Shown here: one piece after another, positions 8,674-18,193 of the stretch
How the letters are laid out: each line of letters starts with the position of its first letter
Numbering within the stretch: position 1 is the stretch's first letter
Origin: a virus
Taxonomy: Duplodnaviria; Caudoviricetes
Length of the DNA stretch: 33,108 bases
Virus record (IMG/VR): IMGVR_UViG_3300048851_000172
Coordinates: 1 to 33,108 of that record
Reading direction: 5' to 3' (one strand)
The notes under the pieces: model-generated
Told to the model about the DNA's origin: nothing
Seen by the model: only the letters and a program-made list of their open reading frames with translations
The model's database searches: none
Program-made: the position numbers and the translations under genes

Positions 8674-9708
8674 GTGACCATCATGAACCTATTCCGCCAG
8701 GATGCCTTTTCGGCCCTGGAGCTGACGACTTTTGTCGAGCGCACGCCGTACCAGCCCACCGGCCTGGGTGATCTGAAGATCTTCCTCGACAAGCCGATCC
8801 GCACCACGGCGCTGGCTGTCGAGGAACGCGCCGGCCAGTTGGTGGTGATCCCCACCTCCGAGCGTGGCGCGCCGCTGAAGGAACGCACCACCGAGAAGCG
8901 CAAGATGCGCTACTTCGAGACGCCACGCCTGGCGCATGCCGATACGCTGAATGCTTCTGAGCTGCAGAATATCCGCGAGTTCGGCACCGAGAGCGTGCTG
9001 ATGCAGCTGCAGACCGAAGTCGCGCGCCGCTTGGCCGGCCCCACCGGCCTGACCAGCAACATGGAATACACCTGGGAGCTGCACCGCCTCGGCGCCGTGC
9101 AGGGCATCCTGCTCGATGCCGATGGCACCGTGCTGTATAACTGGTTCGACGAGTTCGGCATCACCCAGCCGGCTGAGATCGCCTTCAGCCTGAACGCCAC
9201 CACACCCAAGGATGGCGATCTGCGGAAGAAGTGCAACGCGCTGGTGCGTGCCATGATGAAGGCCGCGCAGGGCGCCTGGACCCCCAGCACCCGCGTGCAG
9301 GCCATCTGCGGCGACGACTTCTGGGATGCGCTGACCACCCACCAGGACGTGCTGAAGACCTACTTCAACTGGGAAGCGGCCAAGGAGCTGCGCCAGGGTG
9401 GTGCCTATGCCTCGATGGCGTTCGGCGATATCGACTGGCTGAACTATCGCGGCTCGAACGACAACACCACCATCGCGGTGGGCACCGACAAGGTGAAATT
9501 CTTCCCGGTGAATGCGCCAGGCGTATTCGAGCGAGCGCTGGCGCCGGGTGAAAGCTTCGAGTGGGTGAATACCCCCGGCAAGCCGATCTACGTGCTGCCA
9601 ATCATGGACCGCGATCGCAACACTTTCTGGCGCCAGGAGGCCTATTCCTATCCGCTGCATATCTGCACGCGGCCGGAAATGCTGCTGCGCGGCCGGGCCG
9701 GCACGTAA
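8674..9708 (+). CDS. Major capsid protein, lambda gpE family
   Basis: LQNIREFG, MEYTWELHRLGAVQG.LLDADG, YNWFDEFG, C-terminal YSYPLHICTRP; GTG start with GGAG upstream. Confidence 0.93.
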   Translation: MTIMNLFRQDAFSALELTTFVERTPYQPTGLGDLKIFLDKPIRTTALAVEERAGQLVVIPTSERGAPLKERTTEKRKMRYFETPRLAHADTLNASELQNIREFGTESVLMQLQTEVARRLAGPTGLTSNMEYTWELHRLGAVQGILLDADGTVLYNWFDEFGITQPAEIAFSLNATTPKDGDLRKKCNALVRAMMKAAQGAWTPSTRVQAICGDDFWDALTTHQDVLKTYFNWEAAKELRQGGAYASMAFGDIDWLNYRGSNDNTTIAVGTDKVKFFPVNAPGVFERALAPGESFEWVNTPGKPIYVLPIMDRDRNTFWRQEAYSYPLHICTRPEMLLRGRAGT

Positions 9709-9755
9709 CCCTCCGCCGCATTGAACAAGCAGCGTACGGCCAGATTTCCTAGCCC

Positions 9756-10605
9756 TCAGCCGAGGCCGAGCCATCTGGCCAGCTGCCTGGTCAAGGCACC
9801 AACATAGTGGAGAAGGGTTATCATCATCGGCAGGACCACAATCAGGGAAGCTTCTATGATTTTCTCCGCAAGCTTCTCGATGGCCTTCTCGATGAAAATC
9901 TTGATTGTACGGCGGAACTGATTGACGACCGAAAAGGATCTCTTCAGTTTTCTACGATCGGGGGCCTCGTCCTGGGTCTCGCTGATAATCACCTGGAACT
10001 CTGCCCGGGCCTTCAGACCGAGCGCCTTGAGGTTTTCCAGACCGTCGGTGGGGAAGTTCGTCTTGAGATGCGTATCCTCTGGCCAGAGTGCGTTGAGGAT
10101 ATGTATCGCCTCACGGGCGTGTTCAGCGATGTCTCGCTTCAGGTCTTCTTCCTGCCGCGGCAGCACAAAATCTGTGATGTCAGGGGCGCGGTACCACAAG
10201 CGGGATACGCTATGCAGTCTGTCCTCAATTTCCCAGCCATTCGGGCCCAAAAAGTTGTGCGCCGAATTCACCACCGAGCTTCTCGGCTACCTTCGTAAAC
10301 TGGTCTGACGGGCTGTTCGTCCGGTAAACTCCAGGTTCTGAGACCGGAATATGGTTCGCGACAAACCATTGCATAGCGAGGGTATTTCGTTTCTGAGGCT
10401 CAAGATTTTTGATGTCGTCATAGCTGATACCGCCGCGAAAGTCGGGCGATACATACAAATAGGCTGGGGTATTATAGGCATCCCAGCCTGGCTCCCATGG
10501 CCCGGAAATAATACCGCGGTTGCCTCTATTAAACCGGGCTCCTTCGAACAGCGGATGGACCGCCCGTTTCCTGGATCGGCGATGAGGCTGTTCCATGCTT
10601 CCCAT
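9756..10605 (-). pseudogene. Moron: hypothetical protein with C-terminal TM segment, apparently split by a frameshift near 10232-10253 (or two overlapping genes)
   Basis: Upstream frame (MGSMEQ...EFGAQLFGPEWLGN*, ends 10225) overlaps the downstream frame 9756..10274 by 50 nt; deleting one base fuses them. Confidence 0.55.
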
Positions 10606-10711
10606 CTCGGTCGTTCCCGCGACAGCGTATCGTGCTGTGCCAGCGCGATCCAGTTTGATCCGACACCGAATAGATTTATTTAAAACTTGAGCCTTACATT
10701 TAGGATCGCCC

Positions 10712-11050
10712 ATGACGGTAGACCTTGATGCGTTGACGAGCGCCGCCGTGATGGCGGCGTTCGCCGTTCCGGGCCGGGTCATCTTCAAGCGAGACCGGCA
10801 AACCTTCATGACGATCGATGGCGTGTTCGACCGCTATCAGATCGAGGCGATGGGCGAGGACGGCGCCGCCCTGTCGATCAAGAAGTCCGTGGTCGGCGTG
10901 CGGCAGGCGGACTTTCCGCCCGGCGTCACGCCGGCGGCCGGCGACCGGGTGCAGATCCTCGGCAAGACCTTCGACGTTTTCGACGTGCAGCCGGACGGCC
11001 TAGGCTGGATCACCCTGCCGCTCGGCTTCGTCGCGAATGCCGGGCCATGA
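10712..11050 (+). CDS. Head-tail joining protein (gpFII-like head closure)
   Basis: IDGVFD, P..GDRV, FDVFDVQPDGLGW motifs; position after the capsid gene. Confidence 0.75.
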   Translation: MTVDLDALTSAAVMAAFAVPGRVIFKRDRQTFMTIDGVFDRYQIEAMGEDGAALSIKKSVVGVRQADFPPGVTPAAGDRVQILGKTFDVFDVQPDGLGWITLPLGFVANAGP

Positions 11051-11583
11051 GCGACTTCCGTGCCGGTGTGCGCGACCTGGTCGCTGAGATCCTGAAGCAG
11101 CGGCTGCCGGACTTGAAGGGTGGCGTGTTCCCCGCCCGCGACTGGCCGCTGCAGGAGCACCAGGTGCCGGCCGTGCTGGTCTATGGCTACGAGGAAACCA
11201 AGACAGGCCAGGGCCTGTCAGGTGATCGCTCCACCTTCGAGGTGTCCTGCATTATGGCGGTGCAGGTGAAAACCGAAGCCGCCGGCCGCCACACGGGAGC
11301 CGTCGAACAGGAGCTGGAACGCATCTGCCAGACGGTCTGCCTGGCGCTGCTGACCTCGCGCGCCCTGCTCGACATGGAAACCGGGCGGATCGAGCGCATC
11401 GACAGCGTGAAAACCACGCTGAACATCGATGCCAAGACGGGTGAGAAGGCGCTGGGGCAGGCGCTGATCGCCTTGGATCTGCGCTGGCGTGAATTCTACG
11501 ACCTGCCCCCGGTCGACGTCGATTGCGAAGAGCCGACCCTGACCTTCCGGATCATCCCGGACCCCTCCGCCACGGCCCCATAG
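11047..11583 (+). CDS. Putative tail terminator/completion protein
   Basis: ATGA overlap; VFPARDWP...PAVLVY pattern; position before the sheath. Confidence 0.6.
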   Translation: MSDFRAGVRDLVAEILKQRLPDLKGGVFPARDWPLQEHQVPAVLVYGYEETKTGQGLSGDRSTFEVSCIMAVQVKTEAAGRHTGAVEQELERICQTVCLALLTSRALLDMETGRIERIDSVKTTLNIDAKTGEKALGQALIALDLRWREFYDLPPVDVDCEEPTLTFRIIPDPSATAP

Positions 11584-11591
11584 GAGCCTCC

Positions 11592-11771
11592 ATGCTGCTG
11601 AAACCCGCTCCCGGGCTCGCCGTGCGCGACCCCGAGCTGCGCGACCTGCTGCCCGAAGAGGGCCGTGATGTGCCGCGCTCCGAATACTGGCTGCGCCGGA
11701 TCGCCGATGGCGATGTGGTCGACGCCGCCCCGCAGCCGGCCGCCGCGCCGCAGATGCTGGAGACCCACTGA
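11592..11771 (+). CDS. DUF2635 family (Mu gp38-like) small protein
   Basis: AGGAG RBS; MLLKPAPGLAVRDP...LLPEEG..VP...YWLRRIADGDV signature; directly precedes the sheath. Confidence 0.88.
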   Translation: MLLKPAPGLAVRDPELRDLLPEEGRDVPRSEYWLRRIADGDVVDAAPQPAAAPQMLETH

Positions 11772-13246
11772 TGGTTGGCTTTCGTGAGATCCCGCAGAAC
11801 CTGCGCCTGCCGTTGTTCTTCGCGGAGCTGGATGCCTCGCGCGCCAATAGCGGCGGGCAGAACCAACGCACCCTGATCATCGGCCAGCACCTGTCGACTG
11901 GCGTGCTGACCGCCGGCAGCCCGGTGATCATGCAGACCATGTCCTGGCTGAAGACTTATGCCGGGCCCGGCTCGATGCTGGCGGCGATGGCCGAGTGGTA
12001 TCGCAAGCGCGATTCCTTCGGCGAGGTTTGGTTGCTGCCGCTGGCCGATGCCGGCGCCGCTGTGGCGGCCACCGGGACGTTGGTCTTCACCGGTGCCGCA
12101 ACGGCCACCGGAGCGCTGAACCTCTATATCGGCGGCCGGCGCCTGCAGATGCTGGTTTCGGCCTCGCAGACCACGGCGCAGCTGGCCACCGCGCTGGCGG
12201 CCGCCATCAATGCCGAGATCGACCTGCTGGTCACGGCAGCGGCCACCACCAGCACGGTGACGCTGACCGCCAAGAACAAGGGCGCGGTCGGCAATGACAT
12301 TGACCTGCGGCTGAACTTTTTGGGCAGTGCCGGCGGCGAGACGCTGCCGGCCGGCTTGGCGCTGACCCTGACGCCGATGACCAGTGGCGTGACGAATCCC
12401 ACGCTCGACACGGCGCTTGCCGCGCTGAGCGACAAAGAATTCGATTTCATCGTGCTGCCCTATACCGACACGGCGAGCCTGGATGCGATGAAGAGCTTCC
12501 TGGCGGCGCGCTGGGCCTGGGATCGCATGCTGTATGGCGGCGCCTTCGCCGCCTTCCGGGGCACACTGGGCGCAGCCACCACCTTCGGCCTGGGCCGCAA
12601 CGACGCGCATGTCAGCGTCATGCCCTTCAACAATAGCCCGACGCCAGCCTTCCTCTGGGCGGCGAATACGGCCGCGGCTTATGCCACCAGCCTGCGCGCC
12701 GATCCTGGCTTGCCGCTGCATGGGCTGGCGCTGGACGTACTGGCACCGCCGATCGAGAACCGCTTCTCCGCAAGCGAGCGCAACGTGCTGCTCTATGACG
12801 GGCTGTCGACCTTCGTGGCGGGCGATGACGGCACGGTCACCACCGAGACCATCATCACCACCTACCAGAAGAACGCGCTCGGCCAGGCCGATGACAGCTA
12901 CCTCTATGTCGAGCGGCTCTACGTCATCGCCTATGTGATCCGCGACCTGAAGGCGTTCATCACCAGCACCTTCGGTCGCTTCAAGCTGGCCAGCAATGGC
13001 GCGCCCACCCGCGCCGGCAGCAACATCGTCACGCCGGACGTCATCCGCGACGCCATCCTGGGCCGCTACCGGTTCCTCGAGCGCCTCGGCATGGTCCAGG
13101 AATACGAGACCTTCGCGGCCAACCTGGTGGTCGAGCGCAACAGCGCCAACCGCTGCCGCGTCGATGGCCTGCTGCCCATCGTCACTATCGATCAGCTGCG
13201 CCAGGTCGCGGCCGTGATCCAGCCACGCAATGCCGGGGATGCCTAA
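11771..13246 (+). CDS. Contractile tail sheath protein, Mu gpL-like
   Basis: F.EIPQNLRLPLFFAE.D.S.AN N-terminus, GPGSMLAAM, TTYQKN..G..DDSYL, LVVERNSANRCRVD. Confidence 0.95.
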   Translation: MVGFREIPQNLRLPLFFAELDASRANSGGQNQRTLIIGQHLSTGVLTAGSPVIMQTMSWLKTYAGPGSMLAAMAEWYRKRDSFGEVWLLPLADAGAAVAATGTLVFTGAATATGALNLYIGGRRLQMLVSASQTTAQLATALAAAINAEIDLLVTAAATTSTVTLTAKNKGAVGNDIDLRLNFLGSAGGETLPAGLALTLTPMTSGVTNPTLDTALAALSDKEFDFIVLPYTDTASLDAMKSFLAARWAWDRMLYGGAFAAFRGTLGAATTFGLGRNDAHVSVMPFNNSPTPAFLWAANTAAAYATSLRADPGLPLHGLALDVLAPPIENRFSASERNVLLYDGLSTFVAGDDGTVTTETIITTYQKNALGQADDSYLYVERLYVIAYVIRDLKAFITSTFGRFKLASNGAPTRAGSNIVTPDVIRDAILGRYRFLERLGMVQEYETFAANLVVERNSANRCRVDGLLPIVTIDQLRQVAAVIQPRNAGDA

Positions 13247-13249
13247 TCA

Positions 13250-13618
13250 ATGTCGGGTAGCATGGGCCGCTTGGCCGGTCGCGCGTGGATCTGGATCGAC
13301 GGGGTGCAGTACCCCGTCGTGTCTGAGCCGGTCTACGGCGTCGCCAAGGTCAAACGCACGCTGCTGAAGGGCATGGATGGCATCCATGGCTACAGCGAGG
13401 AGGTCATTCCGGGCTTTATCGGGGTGACGCTGCGCGATGAGGCCGGTACCTCGCTGTCGGGCTTCCAGGACATGACCAGCGTCTCGGTGACGCTGCAGCT
13501 GGCCAATGGCAAGCGCGTCTCCGGCAGCGACATGTGCCACATCGATTCCGCCGAAGTGAACGCCACCGAGGCCACCTATGGGGTGCGCTTTGAGGGGGAG
13601 GATGTTCGCGATGCATGA
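13250..13618 (+). CDS. Tail tube protein, Mu gpM-like
   Basis: RLAG.A.I.IDG, GMDGIHGYSE...PGFI, LQLANGK, VRFEG. Confidence 0.92.
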   Translation: MSGSMGRLAGRAWIWIDGVQYPVVSEPVYGVAKVKRTLLKGMDGIHGYSEEVIPGFIGVTLRDEAGTSLSGFQDMTSVSVTLQLANGKRVSGSDMCHIDSAEVNATEATYGVRFEGEDVRDA

Positions 13619-13928
13619 TCCGCAGAATGATCTGACCATCGCTGAGGAAGTCCTCGAGGACATCGCCCCCAAGCGGATCAGCTTCACGGCGGTGGAGTGG
13701 AACAACACCAGCTATGCCAGTCTGGTGCTGCGCGAGCCAACCGTGGCGGATCTGCTGGAAGCGCGCAAAAAGGACGATGCCTTTGACCAAGCCATCGTGC
13801 TGATCCAGCGGGTTTCCAAAACGCCGACGCAAGTACTGTTGCTGCTGCCGCAGCGGGTGCTGCTGCGCGCGGCCGACTATTTCGCGCCTTTTACGCCGCC
13901 CTCCCCGGAGAGCGTTGGCGAGAGCTAA
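13611..13928 (+). CDS. Tail assembly chaperone (Mu gp41 / P2 gpE-like)
   Basis: LVLREPTVADL motif; ATG 13611 with a GAGG-type RBS; between tube and TMP. Confidence 0.85.
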   Translation: MHDPQNDLTIAEEVLEDIAPKRISFTAVEWNNTSYASLVLREPTVADLLEARKKDDAFDQAIVLIQRVSKTPTQVLLLLPQRVLLRAADYFAPFTPPSPESVGES

Positions 13929-14047
13929 TCAGCGAACTCGCCTTCGCCACCGGGTGGGGGCCGGAGCAGGTCGAGCGCCTGCCCATCTCGAAACTGCTCT
14001 GGTGGATAGACCAGGCGCGCCGCAAGGCGGCTCGCGGAGGAAGCTGA
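13886..14047 (+). CDS. -1 frame extension of the tail chaperone (gpE'/gpT-like)
   Basis: The -1 frame from GCCTTTT reads FYAALPGERWRELISELAFATGWGPEQVERLPISKLLWWIDQARRKAARGGS* and stops just before the TMP ATG at 14049. Confidence 0.75.
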   Translation, partial: AFYAALPGERWRELISELAFATGWGPEQVERLPISKLLWWIDQARRKAARGGS

Positions 14048-14048
14048 C

Positions 14049-16190
14049 ATGGCCACGACCACCGTCAGCGGCGGCGCGCTGTCCATCACCCTGCAGGCGG
14101 TCGACCGCATTACCGCGCCGCTCGAGCGCATCAATGCGACGACGCTGCGGGTGCAGAAGTCGGTCGGCCGCCTGGGCGGCAATCTGGCCCAGGCAACTGG
14201 CATGCGGGCGCTGGCGGCCGGCGCCAGCAATGTGGCGCGCTCCATGGCGCAGATCATCCCGCCGCTGGGCGCGCTGACGGCGGCGGGATCCGTCGCCGGC
14301 ATCATTCATCTGGCGACGCGCTGGAGCAGCTTCGCCACCCAGCTCACCAACACTGCCTATCGGGTGCAGGTCACGGCGGCCAGCCTGGGCGCGCTGCAGG
14401 GTGCGGCGCGGCTGGCTGGTGCCTCGGCCGAAGATATGTCGGCCGGCATGAAAGGCCTGGGCGATGCGCTCTCGGACGCCGTGGGCGGCCGGGACAGCAA
14501 CGCCTTGCAGTATTTCAATATGCTCGGCATCTCGATGCGCGACGCCAAGGGCCATGCCCGCTCGGCTGTCGAGGCCTTGCCGGAGGTGGCTGACGGCATT
14601 GCCCGCATTGGTGATCCCCGCCTGCAGGCACGCGTCCTATCGGCGATGCGGCTGCCCGCCGCGCTGCTGCCCTTCCTGAAACAGGGCTCGGCCGGGCTGC
14701 GGCAGTGGGAGGCCGACGCCAAGCGCTTTGGCATGGTCACCGAGCAGGGCGCCGAGGCAGCGAAGAAGTTCGAGCTGGCGCAGACCCACCTGCAGATGGC
14801 GGGTGAAGGGCTGGTCAATACCATCGCCCAGCGCCTGGCACCGGTGATGTCGCCGCTGCTGGAGCGCATGGCCAACTGGATCGCGGCCAATCGCGAGATC
14901 ATCGGCCAGAAGGTCGAAGAGGTCGTCAGCAAGATCGCCGGTGCTATCGAGCGCTTCGTCACCAGCGGCGGTTTGGAACGGTTAGGCGATGGCATTCGCG
15001 GCTTTTGCGAGGGCATCCAGGCTGCCGTCGAATGGATGGGCGGCTGGGAGCGGGCAGCGATCGCGCTCGGCGTGGTGCTGACGGCCAATATGCTGGCACC
15101 TTTGATCGGCATCGGCGCTGCCGTAGGCCGGATTGTCGCCGTGAAGCCGGCGGCGTGGCTGCTGCGTCTGCTGGGGGTGGGCGGTACCGGCATCGCGATC
15201 GCTGGCATTATGGGGGTGCACCGCCTGGGCCAGATGCGGGCCGAGCGCGGCACCGACACCCCCGAGGCCCAGGCCGAGCGTCGCGGCAATATGGGCGGCC
15301 GGGGTGCTGCCGGCGGCTTCTATGACCGCCCGGCGGTCGATACCCCGGGGCCGGACAGCAATCGCCTGGTCAGCGGCCTGTCAGCCCTGCTGCGCGCCCG
15401 GCTGACGCCCGGGGGCACCCGTTCCTTCCGGGATGAAAACCCCGGCGATCGCCAACGTGAGGCTTTTGACTTCTTCCGCTCGAAGAACTGGTCGGCGGCG
15501 CAGTCGGCCGGGCTGGTGGCCAACCTGCGGCATGAGAGCGGCGCCAGCCTGGATCACCAGGCACGCGGCGATGGCGGCCGGGCTTATGGGGTGGCGCAGT
15601 GGCATTCCGACCGGCAGCAGGCTTTCCGGATCTGGGCCAGCAAGCCGATCCAGGAGGCCAGCTTCCAGGAGCAGTTGGGCTTCGTGCATCATGAACTGAC
15701 AGACGGACGCGAGAGGGCGGCGGGCGATGCCTTGCGCAGTGCCCGCACGCCCGGTGAAGCCGCCAGCGTGGTGTCGCGTCAGTACGAGCGGCCGGCCAAC
15801 CGCGAGGGCGAGGCCGCAGCCCGGGCCCAGACCGCGACGGCTATGCTGCCGCGCTTGGCCACACCGGTGGCCCCTGCGGTGGCCGCGCTGCCCGCACCTG
15901 CCTCGGTAAGCCCACCCGGGCTACCTGCGGCAGGCGATACGCCGCGTGTTACACCGCCTGCTTCGCTGGGGCCTGGGGCGCCACCTGCGGCGCCGGTAGC
16001 CGCAATGCCGCCCATAGGCACGCCGAGCCCAGCAGCGCCGGCCACACCGGCGGTGCCCGCCGCCGCCGTGGCGCCAGCACAACGGGTGGATGTGCGGGTG
16101 CAACTGGTCGGTGCCCCGCCGGGCACCGTGGTCACCACCCGCACGCAAGGCAGCGTGCGGGTTGAACGCCCAATGATGGGAGGCCTCTGA
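14049..16190 (+). CDS. Tape measure protein with C-terminal phage tail lysozyme domain
   Basis: LQAVDRITAPL start, Ala-rich helical body, then AGLVANLRHESG...GDGGRAYGVAQW...RQ and YERP lysozyme-like motifs, Pro/Ala-rich linker. Confidence 0.9.
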   Translation: MATTTVSGGALSITLQAVDRITAPLERINATTLRVQKSVGRLGGNLAQATGMRALAAGASNVARSMAQIIPPLGALTAAGSVAGIIHLATRWSSFATQLTNTAYRVQVTAASLGALQGAARLAGASAEDMSAGMKGLGDALSDAVGGRDSNALQYFNMLGISMRDAKGHARSAVEALPEVADGIARIGDPRLQARVLSAMRLPAALLPFLKQGSAGLRQWEADAKRFGMVTEQGAEAAKKFELAQTHLQMAGEGLVNTIAQRLAPVMSPLLERMANWIAANREIIGQKVEEVVSKIAGAIERFVTSGGLERLGDGIRGFCEGIQAAVEWMGGWERAAIALGVVLTANMLAPLIGIGAAVGRIVAVKPAAWLLRLLGVGGTGIAIAGIMGVHRLGQMRAERGTDTPEAQAERRGNMGGRGAAGGFYDRPAVDTPGPDSNRLVSGLSALLRARLTPGGTRSFRDENPGDRQREAFDFFRSKNWSAAQSAGLVANLRHESGASLDHQARGDGGRAYGVAQWHSDRQQAFRIWASKPIQEASFQEQLGFVHHELTDGRERAAGDALRSARTPGEAASVVSRQYERPANREGEAAARAQTATAMLPRLATPVAPAVAALPAPASVSPPGLPAAGDTPRVTPPASLGPGAPPAAPVAAMPPIGTPSPAAPATPAVPAAAVAPAQRVDVRVQLVGAPPGTVVTTRTQGSVRVERPMMGGL

Positions 16191-16954
16191 TGTCGTGGCG
16201 CGACAGCCTGCGTCCCGCCTCCTGGCGGGGCCTGCCCTTCGACGTGCAGCACTATGACGGCAAGTTCGGCCGCCGCGTGGTGGTGCACGAATATGCCTTC
16301 CGCGACCCGGTCTGGGTCGAGGATATGGGCAGGGGCATGCGACGCCTGAACCTGGTCGGCTACATCGTCGGCGACGACGTGGCCGACCAGCAGGACCGGA
16401 TGATCAAGGCTGCCGAGACAGCGGGCTCCGGTGAACTGATGCATCCGACACTGGGCCTACTGCAGGTCAACCTGATCGATTTCACCCCCTCCGCCCGGCT
16501 GGAGCTCGGCCGGGTGATCGAGCTGGCCTTCGTCTTCATCGAAGGCGGCGAGCGCGTGTTTCCCGCCAGCGGCATGGCGACCGGCGACCTGCTGCAATCG
16601 GCGGCCGATGCCCTTGAAGGGGCGTCCACCGGTGACTTCATCAGCTCGGTGCAGGGCGCCGTCGCCGGCGGCACCGCAGCGATCGTCCAGGCCCAGACCA
16701 CGCTGCGGGGCTGGACCTCGACGGCGCAGCGCCTGGTGGGCGGTTCCGCCAATGCCATCAATTCAGTGGGCTCGCTGATCCCGGGCTTCAACAACCGCTT
16801 TGGCCGCTACCTGACGGGAGCCCGTTCGCCGCTGGCCCAGCTCGCTGCGAGCACCAATACGGTCACCGGCAAGCTGAGCCAGCTCAGCCGCGCCCGAGCC
16901 GCTGTCACACAAGGAACCTCTGACGTGCGCAGCCTGATGAGCAAGCTGTTTTGA
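16190..16954 (+). CDS. DNA circularization protein (Mu gpN-like), N-terminal part
   Basis: MSWRDSLRPASWRGLPF, GRRVVVHEY..RD..WVEDMGR, GELMHPTLG, FIEGG. Confidence 0.9.
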   Translation: MSWRDSLRPASWRGLPFDVQHYDGKFGRRVVVHEYAFRDPVWVEDMGRGMRRLNLVGYIVGDDVADQQDRMIKAAETAGSGELMHPTLGLLQVNLIDFTPSARLELGRVIELAFVFIEGGERVFPASGMATGDLLQSAADALEGASTGDFISSVQGAVAGGTAAIVQAQTTLRGWTSTAQRLVGGSANAINSVGSLIPGFNNRFGRYLTGARSPLAQLAASTNTVTGKLSQLSRARAAVTQGTSDVRSLMSKLF

Positions 16955-17517
16955 GCGCGGCTAAGGTCGCCGCCGGCGTGCAGCGCCTGGCCGCCAGCGT
17001 GTCGGCCGTGGCGGATGATCCGGCCGAGCGGGTGCGCCTGCTGGTTGCACTGGCCCGGTACCGCCCGACAGATAGCACCGGCGAGGGCGTGGTGGGCAAC
17101 GCTATGGCGGCCACCCAGGCCGCCGTCGCGGCGCTCTGCCGCCGGGCGGCACTGGTCGAAATGGCCCGAGCCGTCGCGGTCTGCAGCCCGCCATCTTATG
17201 ACGAGGCCGTAGCGCTGTGGGATCTGGTCTGCGGCCTGCTGGACGAAGAAATCCTTACCGCCTGCGACGGTCCGGATGATGCCGCCGGCGCCGCGCTGCG
17301 GGGCCTGAAGACCGCCGTGGCAGCCGACCTGACGGCCCGGGCGACCAATCTGGGGGCGCTGCAGGATGTGGTCACACCCGCGCCGCTGCCGGCCTTAGTG
17401 CACGCCTACAGACTGTATCAGGATCTCAATCGCGACGATCAGCTCTCCGCTTATGCGGGTGTGGCAGACCCGAATGCGCTGCCACCAAATTTTCGGGCAT
17501 TGGGCTTCAAACGTTAA
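16951..17517 (+). CDS. DNA circularization protein, C-terminal part (separate frame)
   Basis: PALVHAYRLYQD..R and terminal P.F.AL patterns typical of gpN C-termini; TTG start overlaps the upstream TGA. Confidence 0.75.
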   Translation: MSAAKVAAGVQRLAASVSAVADDPAERVRLLVALARYRPTDSTGEGVVGNAMAATQAAVAALCRRAALVEMARAVAVCSPPSYDEAVALWDLVCGLLDEEILTACDGPDDAAGAALRGLKTAVAADLTARATNLGALQDVVTPAPLPALVHAYRLYQDLNRDDQLSAYAGVADPNALPPNFRALGFKR

Positions 17518-17528
17518 AAACGTAATTC

Positions 17529-18173
17529 CTATAAAGATTCATTGATTCTGATTGCCGCGATAAATTGGGTCCTTTCGAAAAACGTCAAAAACCAGAAGGA
17601 ACTAAATCCATCTATCCCTTTTGCATCGATATATGAGTACTGGAATATATCTGCTTCAGCACTTCGATGCTCCAGCAGATCAAGCATCTCTAGTGGAACG
17701 GGCTCACGACGAACGTCGGCAGTTACCTGCTCATCTTTTACAGCGAGGGCAACATTATGATAGTAAGCTAAACCTCGAACGATCTTTCGGACCGTTTTTA
17801 GGATACGTGGGTCTCTTGCTGGATAGATTCTATATCGATCTTTCCCCGCCTCTGGGGCAAGCTCCATAATATCAAATAAATCTCTTGCACGTCTATGGCC
17901 ATCGGGTCGAGCAAACCCCCGGCGCGCACTGCCTTGCCAAATTTCTTTGGCTGCGGAATTTGGTTCTCCCGCCATCAACAGAACATTTTTGAAATGTGCA
18001 TCGTCATCCGATGTACCGTTGTTGCAGCTACTGCACGCTGGAATTGTAATTCTTTCCGATACACTATTTGATTTAGATGGAGGATATAAGGATCGAGGCA
18101 CCACGTGCTCGCGCGTGATTTCTCTGCGCTCTCCACATAAAGCACAATGTCCCCATTGCTTCCGCTTTTCCAC
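17529..18173 (-). CDS. Moron: HNH endonuclease-like protein
   Basis: CALCG...TREHVVP...PACSSCNN zinc-binding HNH pattern; GGAGGA RBS 7 nt before GTG 18173 (the track starts at TTG 18188). Confidence 0.8.
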   Translation of the reverse strand: MEKRKQWGHCALCGERREITREHVVPRSLYPPSKSNSVSERITIPACSSCNNGTSDDDAHFKNVLLMAGEPNSAAKEIWQGSARRGFARPDGHRRARDLFDIMELAPEAGKDRYRIYPARDPRILKTVRKIVRGLAYYHNVALAVKDEQVTADVRREPVPLEMLDLLEHRSAEADIFQYSYIDAKGIDGFSSFWFLTFFERTQFIAAIRINESL

Positions 18174-18193
18174 AAGACCGTCCTCCAAAAGAG

